Under the pieces are notes generated by a model that saw only the letters and a list, made by a program, of their open reading frames with translations, was not told the DNA's origin and made no database searches. From the NCBI RefSeq assembly GCF_001194135.2, contig NC_068986.1, forward strand, positions 11,058,013-11,122,012: a stretch of DNA of 64,000 nt, in the 5' to 3' direction. The translations under genes were made by a program, and so were the position numbers. The DNA is from Octopus bimaculoides (lineage: Eukaryota). Shown here one piece after another: positions 26,250-39,280 of this stretch; the first letter of the stretch is position 1, and each line of letters begins with the position of its first letter.

Positions 26250-28850
26250 AATTCTAAGAACATCTGACTGCCAGAAACAATCTGCTTGGAAATAGAATAT
26301 ACAATATTTATTCTATATATTTCTCCAATCATCCTGGTCCTTTGTTATCTCCCCTGTGAGATTCAAATTGTGAGACCATCTTTCACTATTTTTCCTGGAT
26401 CTCCTCTTGTTCTAACTCCCTGCACCTTAAACGATTGGCACTTCTCTGTACAGCTGTACTCATCCATGAATATCACATGGCCAAACCATTATAGTCTTCT
26501 CTCTTGTACACAACAGCTGATTCTTCTTATGCTCAATTTTTCTCTCAACATACTTGTACTTTGTCATGCATGCACACTCATGTTGCACATCCAGCAGAGT
26601 ACACCAGCTTCATTTCTTTCTAGTCTTTCCAAGTCCTCTGTATGCAGGGCTCATGTCTCACTACCATGTAGCATTGTTGTTTGAACACAAACATCATACA
26701 ATCCACCTTTCATTCTGAACGTGAGACCTTTTGCTAACAACAGACTTAAGAGCTCTCTGAACTTCCACCATTCTGTTATAATAGCAACTGCTTTAAATAT
26801 CCTCTTCGACAGCTAATTAAGTCCCAAAGTAACACTCTATAACACTATTAGAAATCTTCAGCATTTAAGAAAGTCTATTTCCGATGCATCCTTACTGCTC
26901 ATGGTTCCTGATCATCTGCCACACAGAAAGTCTATTTTCTGTTAACTTGCCTGAGATACCACTGTATCTCTTCTGTGTCCATAGTTTGCATTGGGTCCAC
27001 CATATAAAAGTTCTGCTCACACCTTTCCTACATATTGAGCAAAGCCATATCCCTGAATAGAAGCTGAGAATTTATGTTTTTTATTAAAATTTTGATCTTT
27101 GCTAAATTGACTTTGAGTATCTTTGATTCCAGGTTTTTCTACCTCACCTGAAATTCCTTTTCTAATTGTACTACAGATCATTAGCATAAAACTGTTCTAA
27201 TGGACAACCTATCTTAAACTCCTCTGTTATGACTTGGAGGACTGACAACCAAGCCCTGATGAACTCCTAACTGCATATTGTATTCATAACTATATTCATT
27301 GTTAATTCTTATCTTCCTAACAGCACATCTGTACATGGCTTGTATGGTTCTCACAAGCCATTCATCTATCCCTACTTTCCTCAATGCCATACAGAGTAAG
27401 GGCCCCAGTGGAAAAACTTTCTCCAAGTTAGCAAATGCTATGTAGAGCAACTTACTTTTAGCCAGCTAGAAGTATGACAGCATCCATAGTACTTCTCCCT
27501 GGTACAAACCCAGACTGCATCTCATCTACTCTCTTTCTAATTAATCAAGTTCTAACTCTCTCTGTAACTCTCATGATTTGGTCTGATGATTTAATACTTC
27601 TATGATTTCCTCTCTTTAAATTATCAATTTTACCCATGTAACAGTTAGCTATAATGTTGCTATACCAGTCATTGGGTATGACAACTTCCTGTACAACCTA
27701 ATTAACTATGCAGATAACTAGACCATGTCTTATGCCATCAAATATTTTAAGCATTTCAGCAGCAATTCCTGATGGACCAGGGGTTCTTTGTGCTTTCATA
27801 TTCTTAACTGTTTTATTTATTATACTGATGTCCATATGATAACTGATGCCTTGTTGGATCCTAGTTGAGAAGATCCTCTTTTCTCCATACATTCTAAGCA
27901 GTTAATAGTCTTTCACAGTAGCACTGCTTACCTCATTCTTTTCATAATAACTAAGTGTAAGAAGGCAGTGAAATGGCAGAAATGTTAGCACGCCAGGCAA
28001 AATGCTTAATGGTATTTCATCTCTCTTGACGTTCTGAGTTCAAATTCTGCCGAAGTCAACTTTGCCTTTTATCCTTTCAGAGTCGATAAATTAAGTACCA
28101 GTTGCATACTGAGTTTGATCTAATCGACTGGCCCCTTTTTTGGGCCTTGTGCCTAGAGTAGAAAAGAATTGTTAGCATGTCAGGTAAAATGCTTAGCAGT
28201 ATTTCGTCAGGAGTTACGTTCTGAGTTCAAATTCCACCGAGGTTGACTTTGCCTTTCATCTTTTCGCGGTCAATAAAATTAGTACCAGTTACGCACTGGG
28301 GTCAATGTAATCAACTTAATTGCTTTGTCTGTCCTTGTTTGTCCCCGCTATGTTTAGCCCCTTGAGTGCAATAAAGAAATATTTTCTATTTTCAGGGCGG
28401 TGAGCTGGCAGAATCATTAGCATGTCGGGCAAAGTGCTTAGCAGTATTTCATCTGTCTTTACATTCTGAGTTCAAATTCTGCCAAGGTCGACTTTGCCTT
28501 TCATCCTTTCAGGGTCGATAAATTAAGTATACTGAGGTCGATCTAATCGACTGGCCTCCTCCCCCAAAATTTCGGGCCTTGTGCCTAGGGTAGGAAAGAA
28601 TATCTAAAAGTAGAAGTACCATTAAGACATTCATACACATTTCTCATCCAAAATTCCTCAATTTTCTTTGATTTGGTGCCTTGCAACCAGGAATACCTCA
28701 CACTTCTGATCTCCATGCTGCAAAACATTGGCAAGCCTGTTCCTTTCTGCTTCTCCCAATGTTAAGTCAATAATTCTCTCCTACCCCTGGCTCCCAGGCT
28801 ATTCAACTCTGTCTCTCTTCCCTTTTATACCTCTCTCTAACTCCCTTGGT
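26250..28850 (-). mobile_element. Decayed RTE-clade LINE ORF2 (RT domain and C-terminus), interrupted by three SINEs at ~27963-28601
   Basis: Frame fragments include LYIAFANLEKVF..ALRKVGIDEWLVRTIQAMYR..GVHQGLVVSP (27214-27450), KAQRTPGPSGIAAEMLK (27698-27892), GHVIFMDE..KCQSFKVQG..RG (~26350-26480) and GEAERNRLANVLQHGDQKCEVF (~28690-28770). Stops and frameshifts are numerous. Confidence 0.85.
27963..28601 (+). mobile_element. Three tandem family-B SINEs (27963-28168, 28170-28380, 28395-28601) inside the RTE LINE
   Basis: There are three repeats of TTAGCA..CAGG.AAA.TGCTTA...CTGAGTTCAAATTC..GACTTTGCCTTT.ATC. Confidence 0.85.
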
Positions 28851-30482
28851 CATCCTGGAACTTCATATACACATACATTACATATATATACATATTTATG
28901 TGTGTGTGTATGTATATATACATATATTTATCAAATGTATGTCTTATAAAATTATTCTGCACATACAATAACAGCCATACCAACAATCCAACATACCTCC
29001 ATCATCAGCTGCCCCATGGATATCACTATAGTTTCCACACATATAGGTGAAATAAACTTCAGAGATGCTTCACCTCATACAGAAACTGCTGAAAACCTTC
29101 CTGTATCATCAATATCCCAGGATTACAAGTGTTTTGCCCTTTAGCCTTGATGCTTCACTTGAGTGGAGCAGCAAGAACTGAGCTAGTCTTCACCTACAGA
29201 AGGATTCCTCTTGTGGTCTCAACCATAGCCATCTTGGGCTAGTTTCATCTGCTGTGCCTATTTCTTTGATGGCTTTTTTCAGTCATCTGGGTTCCAAACA
29301 TATTTTCTACAGGAAATAGAGCATTGATCTAGATGGAAAGCTGTGGCAACTGACTTCAAATCAGTGAACAGCAATGTTGAAACCGGTATGACTTTCTATA
29401 TTAACTCATAATAATGATTTTTATGCTTCTTAATTCCACCTCAAATCATTTATTTGTATGTATATATCTTTGTTTTTATTTTTAAAATCTATTGCTTTTA
29501 GACCTAGTGTGCATTTTCTTTGTTTCTTTTTACTTTTTCCCTATATATATATATATATATATATATATCATCATCATATTTCCATGCTCGGATGGGTCAA
29601 ATGAATTTTATTAAGGCAGATTTTTCTATGGCAGCATGCTCTTCCTGTCACCAACCCTCACCTGTTTCCCAATCAGGTGATATTTCCCCATGGTCAGACA
29701 TGTTTTCGGGGAATATTAGAAACAAATGACACTGCTTGTTTGATGTTGATACTTACACTTTTACTTTTTCACCTGTCACTGCCTTCATGAGGCCCAACGC
29801 TTGAATGGTGCTTTTTGTGTGCCACTGGCACAGGTGCCAGTGTGTTTCTCACATAAAAGCATTTTTCAGACTGATATTTGAGAGTTTGTTATCCACGATG
29901 CCAATAGGGCTGCTGAACTACACACAGAGACACACACAAAGGCAGGGCTGTGCGGTAGAGAAGTTTTGTTTCAGACGCACATAGAGGTTTGATCTCATTG
30001 CGTTTATGTCGTAAGCCAACAGTCATTAGGCCAATACTTTGAATGAAATTGGTAGGTGAAAATTGAAAAAGCCTATCATATGTGTATGTCATGACAGGTC
30101 ACTTATTGGTTATTAGTTACATGTAATGCAATACAACTTGTATGATCAGGTGACTTAGTGAGTAGGGTGAATTTTGAGCACACCGCAGGATGAAAGACAA
30201 GACTCACCAAAGAGTGGATAAGCTCAGGAGAGTCAATAGCCATCCTAGTAAAACCACCAATAGTGAAAGGAGACCCTGGCTGTTGTAACTGCAGTTTCAC
30301 ATGATTAATGCTCATCTTGGTTCAGCTTGTCACTAGATACTGAAAATGAACACTCAGAAAGTGGTATTCATCTGGTACAAGTGTTTATCACTATAGTATA
30401 GATATCTTTATGATAACCACTGGTCTAAGTGAAGTGAAAATGCATCTATCTAGTTGAGAGGAGTAGAGATTGTTGTAGAAGG

Positions 30483-30521
<39 letters not shown>

Positions 30522-31546
30522 TGTCTGTGGCTGGTAGTGGCTAGAGCAGGTTGATTAATGATTTTTTGCCAATCAATTGTGATTTATGAAAACAAAAATA
30601 AAATCAATCGTCTGGAAAATTTATTTTTATCACTTGATAATTAATCTTAAATATTTAAGTATTTAATTAATCTAAGACAAAAACTTTCATTGAGAATGCT
30701 TTTAGGTTCTTCTTCTTCTTCTTCTTCTTCCCTCTCTCTTTATTCTTTAGAGTTTTTATTTCAGATTCAAATCTGAAATTCAAGTCTGATAAAATTGAAA
30801 CAATTTTCCAAATTAAAAAATCATGGTTAGGAATTTTTATTGAAAACCTGTTTTTAATGAAATTAAAAATGAATTACATTTCAAATCAACACAACTTGTA
30901 TTAATTTTTTTAAATTCAATTTTATTCTAATTTTAGATATTCAGATCATAGAAATATGTTTTCCTTCAATCCAGAATTTTAAATTGAAACTAAAACATTT
31001 GATGTCTGTTTTCCATGATGGCATGGGTGGGACAGTTTGACTGAGGTCTGGNNNNNNNNNNNNNNNNNNNNNNNNNNNNNNNNNNNNNNNNNNNNNNNNN
31101 NNNNNNNNNNNNNNNNNNNNNNNNNNNNNNNNNNNNNNNNNNNNNNNNNNNNNNNNNNNNNNNNNNNNNNNNNNNNNNNNNNNNNNNNNNNNNNNNNNNN
31201 NNNNNNNNNNNNNNNNNNNNNNNNNNNNNNNNNNNNNNNNNNNNNNNNNNNNNNNNNNNNNNNNNNNNNNNNNNNNNNNNNNNNNNNNNNNNCCCAGACT
31301 AATTTGCTTTCATTATATGCAGAAATATGCATTTGCAGAAATATGCACCTAAAATTAAAAGATCACCCAAAAAGCATTAAAAAAAAGCTGAAAATGAAAA
31401 CAAACTGAAGATGGAGGAAAATTGAAATTTGAAAGGCCATGTTTTTTTTTTTTACAGGAGCGGCAAGACCAGAATATCTGTTGTTGAAAAAAGAAATTTT
31501 TAGAAAAAAAAAGTACTTTTACCTTATTTAATGTATCCATCTGAAT

Positions 31547-31908
31547 CATGGCACTCCATCGGTTATGACAACGAGGGTTCCATTTGATTCGATCAATGGA
31601 ACAGCCTGCTCATGAAATTAACGTGTAAGTGGCTGAGCACTCCATAGACACGTGCACCCTTAGCGTAGTTCTTGGAGAGATTCAGCGTGACACAGGTCCT
31701 CTGAAATACAGGTACAACAGAAACAGGAAGAAAGAGTGAGAGAAAGTTGTGGTGAAAGAGTACAGCAGGGGTCACCACCACCACCCCCTGCCAGAGCCTC
31801 ATGGAGTTTTTGTTTAATAAACACACGCAACGCCTAGTCTGGGAATTGAAACCGTGATCCCACGACCGCGAGTCCACTGCCCTAACCACTGGGTCATTGC
31901 ACCTCCAC
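31547..31908 (-). mobile_element. Family-D tRNA-headed SINE (other copies at ~16040-16330, 57560-57830 and 6975-7130)
   Basis: The minus-strand head GTGGAGGTGCAATGACCCAGTGGTTAGGGCAGTGGACTCGCGGTCGTGGGATCACGGTTTCAATTCCC has A- and B-box-like motifs. The body TTAACGTG.AAGTGGCTGAGCACTCCA.AGACAC is shared among copies. Confidence 0.75.
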
Positions 31909-33419
31909 ATCCATCTGAATATTACTGATTCATCATCAGTTAATGTTTATTTTCCGTTACCGGCATGGGTTGGATGTTTTGTCAGGAGCTAGCAAGGCCT
32001 GGAACCACACTAGGCTTCATTGTCTCTTGTGACATGGTTTCTATGGCCGGATGCCTTTCATAATGCCAACCACCTTACAGAGTGTATTGGGTGCATTTTA
32101 TGTGTTATATTTATCTTTAAAATTGTTCACTAAAGGGTCTGGCAAATTATTTCATTCTTTAAAAGAAAACAACAACAAAAAAAAAAAAAACCAATCATTT
32201 TCTGATGTATTTATATCATTGTTTATTATGAAGTGTACACCTGTGATCTTACCTTTTTATTTCTCAGGAATACTGTGCTAACTTTTATAATTTGAAGTCC
32301 TATCTCTTCTTTGTATTTGTTGTATCTTGAGGGAGTCATTATGCCAATAATAAACACATACACTGGTTATATTTCACTTCTTTGTTATTTGTCAATTGTT
32401 TGATTTACTGTTTGATCAATCACTCAGTCAGTTAGGTTTATCAAAGTTCTTTTTTTTTGTCATACAAACTACCTTAATGACATACTCCCTGAGGTCACAA
32501 ATGGCAACAAAAGAACTCTGATGGACCTAACTGATTGATTGAATGGCCAAACAATCGTCTGCTTAATTAGTTAAATAAATTAATAATAAAGAAGTGAAAT
32601 ACAACCAACGTGTGTGTTTAGTATTGGCATGATGACCCTCCTGGAAGCAACAAAATCTGTTTTATCATGAAATCACATCAAGAATCTTGCTAAGTAAATA
32701 CAAAAATAAAATCTTTGCTTCACACCTGTAAATATGGTGGCACTTTTGCTGTTTCTTTTCTGCAAAGTCTTCTGTCTTTTTGGGAGCAAGTTGACCCAAG
32801 CCTTTACTGCAAATTGTCCCACATATTCTTTATATAGAAACTTAAAATGTGGCTACTATTGGATTTACAAAGTAGCTCTTTAGTATTTAAACTGGCCATA
32901 TCCTGCCCAAGTATTTTATGTTCGAACCAACCAAATCTGGCCTCTCACACCTACCCTAAAAGATAAATAATCACATACAGGAGTGGCTGTGGTATGTAGC
33001 TTGCTTACCAACCACACTAAACCATTGCAACATACAAGATTTAAACATCATTTTTCTTTTTCTTCAATGGTCTTAGGATTGGTGTCCCTTCTTTCAACCT
33101 TTCAGCATTGAAACCAACCTCTCATACCTACTCTACAATGTCATTCTAAAAGTAAACAATCACATCTTTTGAAAATGCTGAAGCCATCAGAGAATGCATG
33201 ATTAATTCAAAACAATGAGGAAGATATGCATTGCATTTGACAAGCTAATCTAAATGCTAAAGGGATGCATAGCAAAATGGTTTAGAATTTCTAATTTCCA
33301 TTACCTAATTGCCCAATGAGACAGTGAATACAAACATTGGTTAACTCTTTTGTCACTGGATTTCTACTGACATATACCATCACTGTTCCAATTAATGTTG
33401 AAAATAATGAAGAAAAAGC

Positions 33420-34179
33420 ACAGGCACAGCTGAGGTAGGAAGCCTGCTTCCCAACTGTATGGTTCCAGGTTCAATCCCACTGCATGGCACGATGGGCAAG
33501 TGTCCTCTACTATAGCCTTTTTAGAGGATTTGGCAGACAGAAACTAAAAAAATCTGGTCATGTATAGATGAGAAGGTGCTGAAAAGTTCTTGGCTTTCGA
33601 TAAAAGAAAACAGGAGGATCAGTTAATTATGATTTTATTCAACATTCTCAGATTCATACACTTATTGCAGTTGTCCTTTAGTTTTTCTAAGCCCTGTAAA
33701 AGAAGTCAGAAGGTTGGGCCTCCAACCAGGCCTTTCGCAATGCCCTTAAAACCAGTAATTTTTCAGCACCCCCCATCATATGTTTGTAAGTCCCCCCCCC
33801 ACCAGTGTTTGTGTGTTTACATCCCCGTTACTTAGCAGTTCAACAAGAGACCAATAGAACAAGTACCAGGCTTTAACGAACTAAATTCTCCAAGGTGGTG
33901 CTCCAGTATGGCCACTGTCTAATGACTGAAACGAGTAAAAGATAAAATAACTGTCATTATTAGGCAGGTATTTGGGACATAAACATGAAATTTTGATGGA
34001 AGGTTTTACTTTAGATCACTTCAAAACAGGAAGTTTTGGTAAGAAGCTTGCTTCCCAACCACATGGTTCCAGGTTCAGTCCCACTGCGTGGCACCTTGGG
34101 CAAGTGTCTGCTACTATAACCATGAGCTGACCAAAGCCTTGAGTGGATTTGATAGACGGAAACTGAAAGAAGCCCGTTG

Positions 34180-34234
<55 letters not shown>

Positions 34235-35690
34235 ATTTGTGTCTGTGTTTGTCCCCCCATCATCGCTTGACAACCTATGTTGGTGTATTGTGTTTACATA
34301 CCCGTAACTTAGCAGCTCAGCAAGAGACTGATAGAATAAGTGCTAGGCTTACAGAGAATAAGTCCTGGGGTCGGTACTCCAGCATGGCCACAGTCAAATG
34401 ACTGAAACAAGACTAAAAGAATCAGGAGTGGTCTCACATCAAAAAGATCACATGTCAAATGTAGCTTATCTGGTAGGCAGGAGTTCAATTCCTAAGTCAG
34501 ATGATCTACATCAGTTTAAGGGGCATCACCAACAAGAAAATAACTAAAGACAATATCCCTGGTATGAACAGTGAAATGAAAACAATGAACAAATGTAGAC
34601 TTAATAAAAGATTCAGTTTTAGACCTTAGAAAAGTGGAAGGTACAGCAGGTGGACTGTTGTGATTTAACAACCAAAGTGAGGACAGGTTTTTCACTCAAG
34701 GGGCTTAGCCAATATGGTACAATGGTTTAGTGAATATAAGCATTAAGTGTTATATGATAATGATAAAGCCACATCTCAAATACTTATACAAAAACTACGT
34801 GACTGTGTGGTAAGTAGCTTGCTTACCACGTGCACGAATTCAGGGTTCAGTCCCACTGCGTGGCACCTTATACAAGTGTCTTTTCCTATAGCCTCAGGCA
34901 TACCAAAGCCTTGTGAGTGGATTTAGTAGACGGAAACGGAAAGAAGCCCATCGTGTATATGTGTGTGTGTGCAAAGTAGCTTGCTTACCAACCACAAGAT
35001 TCCAGGTTCAGTCCCACTGCGTGGCACTTTGGGCAAGTGGCTTCCACTATAGCTTCGGGCTGACCGAAGCCTTGGGTGGATTTAGAAGATGGAAACTGAA
35101 AGAAGCTCGTCATGTATATATATGTGTGTGTGTGTGTGTGTTTCTATCTGTATTTGTCCCCCACAACATCGCTTGACAACTGATGTTGGTGTGTTTACGT
35201 CCCCGTAACCTAGCAGTTCAGCAAAACAAACCGATAGAATAAGTACTAGGCTTCCGAGGAATAAGTCCTGGGGTTGATTTGTTTGACTAAAGGTAGTGCT
35301 CCGGCATGGCCACAGTCAAATGACTGAAACAAGTAAAAGAGTCAAAGAAAAGTTAAATTAGTGCAGGCTGTGGTTAAGAAGCTTGCTTGGTAACAGCATG
35401 GTTTTGGATTCAATCCCACTGCACACCTACTATGGTTTTGAGAGTGAATTTTGTGGATGGAAACAGGATAGAAACCCATGGTGTTTGTGTGGGTGTATAT
35501 ATTTGTCTTTTACCACTTGACAACTGGTGTTAGTTTGTTTACTTCCCTTTAACTTGATGGTTTGGCAAAGATATTAATAGAATAAATATGAGACTTGTAA
35601 AAACAAAAAAAAAGTACTGGGGTCAATTTGACCAATCTAGTCAAGCCGGGGCCCCAGTATAGCCACAATCCAATGACTGAAAGAAATGGT
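33420..35690 (+). mobile_element. Cluster of five co-oriented family-A SINE copies (33420-33950, 34038-34420, 34800-34970, 34972-35345, 35365-35690)
   Basis: Each copy repeats the head GCTTGCTT.CCAACCAC..GGTTCAGTCCCACTGC.TGGCAC, and most carry the tail ending GTCAAATGACTGAAAC. Confidence 0.85.
33565..33780. mobile_element. Mariner-derived MITE inserted in a family-A SINE
   Basis: TA-flanked TIRs read GATGAGAAGGTGCTGAAAAGTTCTTGGCTTT and AAACCAGTAATTTTTCAGCACCCCCCATC. SINE sequence continues on both sides. Confidence 0.75.
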
Positions 35691-38600
35691 TAAAAGAAAA
35701 AAAAACAAAAAAAAAACGGAAGAAATAATTAAATTATGAAAATAAAAAGTTTAGAAATAAATAACTTTTAATAAAAGAACAAGAACTGAAGAAAATAACT
35801 GGTAATGGCAAAACTTTTGAAGGTATCCAAAGACTAGAGTTGCTTTGTTTAAACAAACCAATATTTGAAACAATGATATTAATGAAATAAGGCAAAGAGC
35901 TGGCAGAATCGTTAGCACGCTGGGCAAAATGCTTAGTGGTATTTCGTCTGTCACTATGTTCTGAGTTCAAATTCTGCCGAGGTCGACTTTGCTTTTTATC
36001 CTTTCAGAGTCGATAAATTAAGTACCAGTTGCATACTGCGGATCAATCTGCCTAGAGTAGAAAAGAAATGAAATTTATAGATATGCTTGCTGAGAAGTGG
36101 TCGGCCTTAGCAAGGGTGTCCAGCTTTAGATACCACACCTAAGTAGACTAAGTAGAGACATGGGAGCATACTACTGGCCTTGGACCCCATCCACCCCACA
36201 CTGGCATGGAAGTCAGACATTCAATGATGATGATGATAATGGTTTCAAATTTTGGCACAAGACCAGCAATTTCAGGAGAGGAGTTGATTACATCAATCCC
36301 AGTGATCAAATAGTGTTTATTTTTATAGATCCCTAAAAGGATGAAAAATAAAGTTGACCCTGGCAGAATTTGAACTCAGAACATAAAGGACCAAATGTCA
36401 CTAAGTATGGGTCTGTCAGCTCACTATCTTAAATGATGATGATAATACCAATTGTTGCTTGATCTGCTAGGAGTAGCAGTCAAACCAAATTATATTACCA
36501 TTTTACAAAAGGATATTAACTCATGTATGATCATGATTGACTTGGTTGTGCAGTTAAGAAGTTTGTCTCACAAGATGCTTTGCAACGGCATGGTTCAAGG
36601 TTCAACTTCCGGGCATGGTATCTTAAGCATGTCTTTTATCATAGCTTTGGCCAATTTTCCGACTGGAATTTGATGGAAACTTGTTGCATCATCATTGTTT
36701 AACATCCGTTTTCCATGGGTTGGATGGTTTGACTGAGGGCTGGCGAGCCAGAAGGCTGCACCAGGCTCCAATCTGATCTGGCAACGTTTCTATATCTGGA
36801 TGCCCTTCCTAACGCCAACCACTCCGAGAGTGTAGTGGGTGCCTTTTACATATTTGTAAAATCCTTCATGAAAGATGTAAACATCAAAACAACTGGTACT
36901 TTTAAATGGGAAATCCCTCGTGACACTTGGTCCAACAAAATCACAAAAGCAACCCCCCACCAAAAGCATTAGCATTTATAAAACCCGTCATAAAATAAGA
37001 CACCAACTGACCAAAAATTGTGTTAGATGGCCAAGTTACATTTAACAAAGACTTAATTCAGGTATAACTTAAATTTCTACATTTGTTTGTAAGCCATTTC
37101 ATCACAGCATGGAATTTGTTCAACAGCCAGATGTCCACCTCATTTCTAGGTATTAGGTTAGTAATGGGCTGGGCAGGCAGAGCCATATTCTAGGAAGCTT
37201 CCCAATGGAGTTCTTTCAGTTTCTGTCTACCAAATGTGCTAAGGTCTTGGATGGCCCAGGGTTATAGTAGAAAGGACTTCCTAAGGCGTTGTACAGTGGG
37301 GCTAGACCCAAAACCATGACATCGGGAATTGAACAAGAATTTAACTTGGGTGGAACCTACTTAAGATAATGAAGCACATTTAACTTCTCTTACCTTTTAC
37401 TTGTTTTAGCCATTAGACAGTGGCCATGCTAGGACACCACCTTGAAGAACATATAGTGGAATGAATCCTGTTTTCTTTTTTAAAGCCTGGTTATTCTATC
37501 CGTCTCTTTTGCTAAACAACTACATTATAGGGATGTAAACAGAGAAACAGATACACACCCCTACGTAATGGTCTTTCAATTTTCTTCTACCAAATCCACT
37601 CACAAGGCTTTGGTTGGCCCGATGCTATAGTAAAGTCACTTGCCCAAGGTGTCAATGAGGAAGGGTAGGATTCCAATCAATACCACTGATGGCAGCAAAT
37701 CTTTGTTGAAGAAATCACAATGTTATAAAATTGACAACATTCTCAGTCAAGCATTTTGTCATGGATAGTAAATATGACAAGTATTATCTTTGTTAATAAC
37801 AAGTCACTTTAAACCCAATCTACTACATACAAGATATGATTAACCAGCCAAAAGATTAATTACTTCTTCCTGAAATAAATCTACAATTCTAATACATTGA
37901 CATATCTGGGCCATACAAGATTAAAACCTCTAAATTCATCTGGTAGAAGATATTCTGAAAAACCTTATTTACAAATTTGTTCTACCCTACAGCATTCAGA
38001 ATATTTGGTTAAATGTCATCTACTCACATTGTTTTGAATTAATCATACATTATCTATTTTTAGAATGACCTTGTATGGTAGGTGTGAAAAGCCAGATGCA
38101 GTCAGTTTGAATACAAAATGGGTAGAATATTTGGGCTAGATTAAATGCTAAAGTGTAGCCCCACCACCTGTTAAGACATTTTCCAATCATATGGTTTAAA
38201 ATTTCAACATCCATTTATGTATCATACTCAATGTATACACATTAAGTTGTTACTTGTGGAGATGAAATCTTATGGCAGCCCTATGTATAAAAACAATATA
38301 TCTTGGAGGGAAACAAGCATCACCCTGACAGCAGCCAGTCACAGACTTACTTATTCCAGTTAGATTGTGTCTGTGCTGGGGCACCATTCTGAAGAATTTT
38401 TAGCCACATGAACCAACCTTAGTACAAATTTTATTTATTATAAAGCCTAGTATTTATTCTATTAATCTCTTTTGCCAAACTGCTAAGTTACAGAGACAAA
38501 CATATACAATGGGTTTCTTTCAGTTTCCATCTACCAAATCTACTGGCTTATAGTAGAAGATACTTGCCCGAAAGTTTGGCAAAAGAGGCCGGTCGAACTA

Positions 38601-39274
38601 GTACCATAGAGATAATAAGAATAATAAAAAAGAGTGATGGGGTTGATTTATTCAGCTAAAATTCAAGGTGGTGCTACAGCATGGCTGTAATCCAATGACC
38701 AAAACTTGTTACACTTCATAGATTTCAACATCTGGACTAACAAAGTTCTTTAGTTAGAAAATAACATATTCCAAGTGAAAGAAAAAAGACAAATGGTGAG
38801 TTTAAAGAATAGCTTTCCAATATCTTTTAGTGATATTATATGTACATAAACACACAATATAGTCTTCACAATAACCATTTTAATTTGTTTGCAATGGGGT
38901 AATAAAAACCAAAAATTCCACAGGAATATATCTGAGAACTTGACATGTTTTACTAATACAGAATGCAACACATCAAATCCATTATGTTTAGGAAGAAAAG
39001 CTGCTAGAAATCTTTGGTCAACAGGACTGAGAATGAACAAAAACTATTTTAAGGGAATGTTAATTTGAGGAAAAGTTATATCCAGAAGAAAAAAATTAAA
39101 ACAAACAAACAAAAAACCCCTCAAGAAATTTAGGTATCTGGAACCAAAGTTTCATGCCACCCTCATCTGTGGTTTTGTTATTTATATTCGTTCAAGTTGA
39201 GTGACATTTAAGACAAATGAAAATCAATCAATCAAAAGAAAAAAAAAAATCATTCAAGTTTTGACAATTACCAT

Positions 39275-39280
39275 TTTATT
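39275..39280 (-). terminator. Candidate distal polyadenylation signal (AATAAA) for the HMGB transcript
   Basis: The minus strand reads catcAATAAAatggtaattgtcaaaacttgaatga followed by a U-rich run, close to where the TE-free zone ends. Another AATAAA lies at 42854-42859 (minus). Motif evidence only. Confidence 0.3.

Noticed and set aside
31840-31908. tRNA-like sequences with A/B boxes (also the heads of families A and B)
   Set aside because: They are SINE heads continuous with SINE bodies and show no complete cloverleaf or acceptor stem, so they are not called as tRNA genes.
713-38700. Dozens of 60-130-aa ORFs in the supplied track (for example poly-H at 713, CVCVCV and YIYIYI peptides, FLQLDALPNANH repeats)
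   Set aside because: They are translations of SINEs, RTE 3' UTRs and microsatellites, and none has domain-like content.
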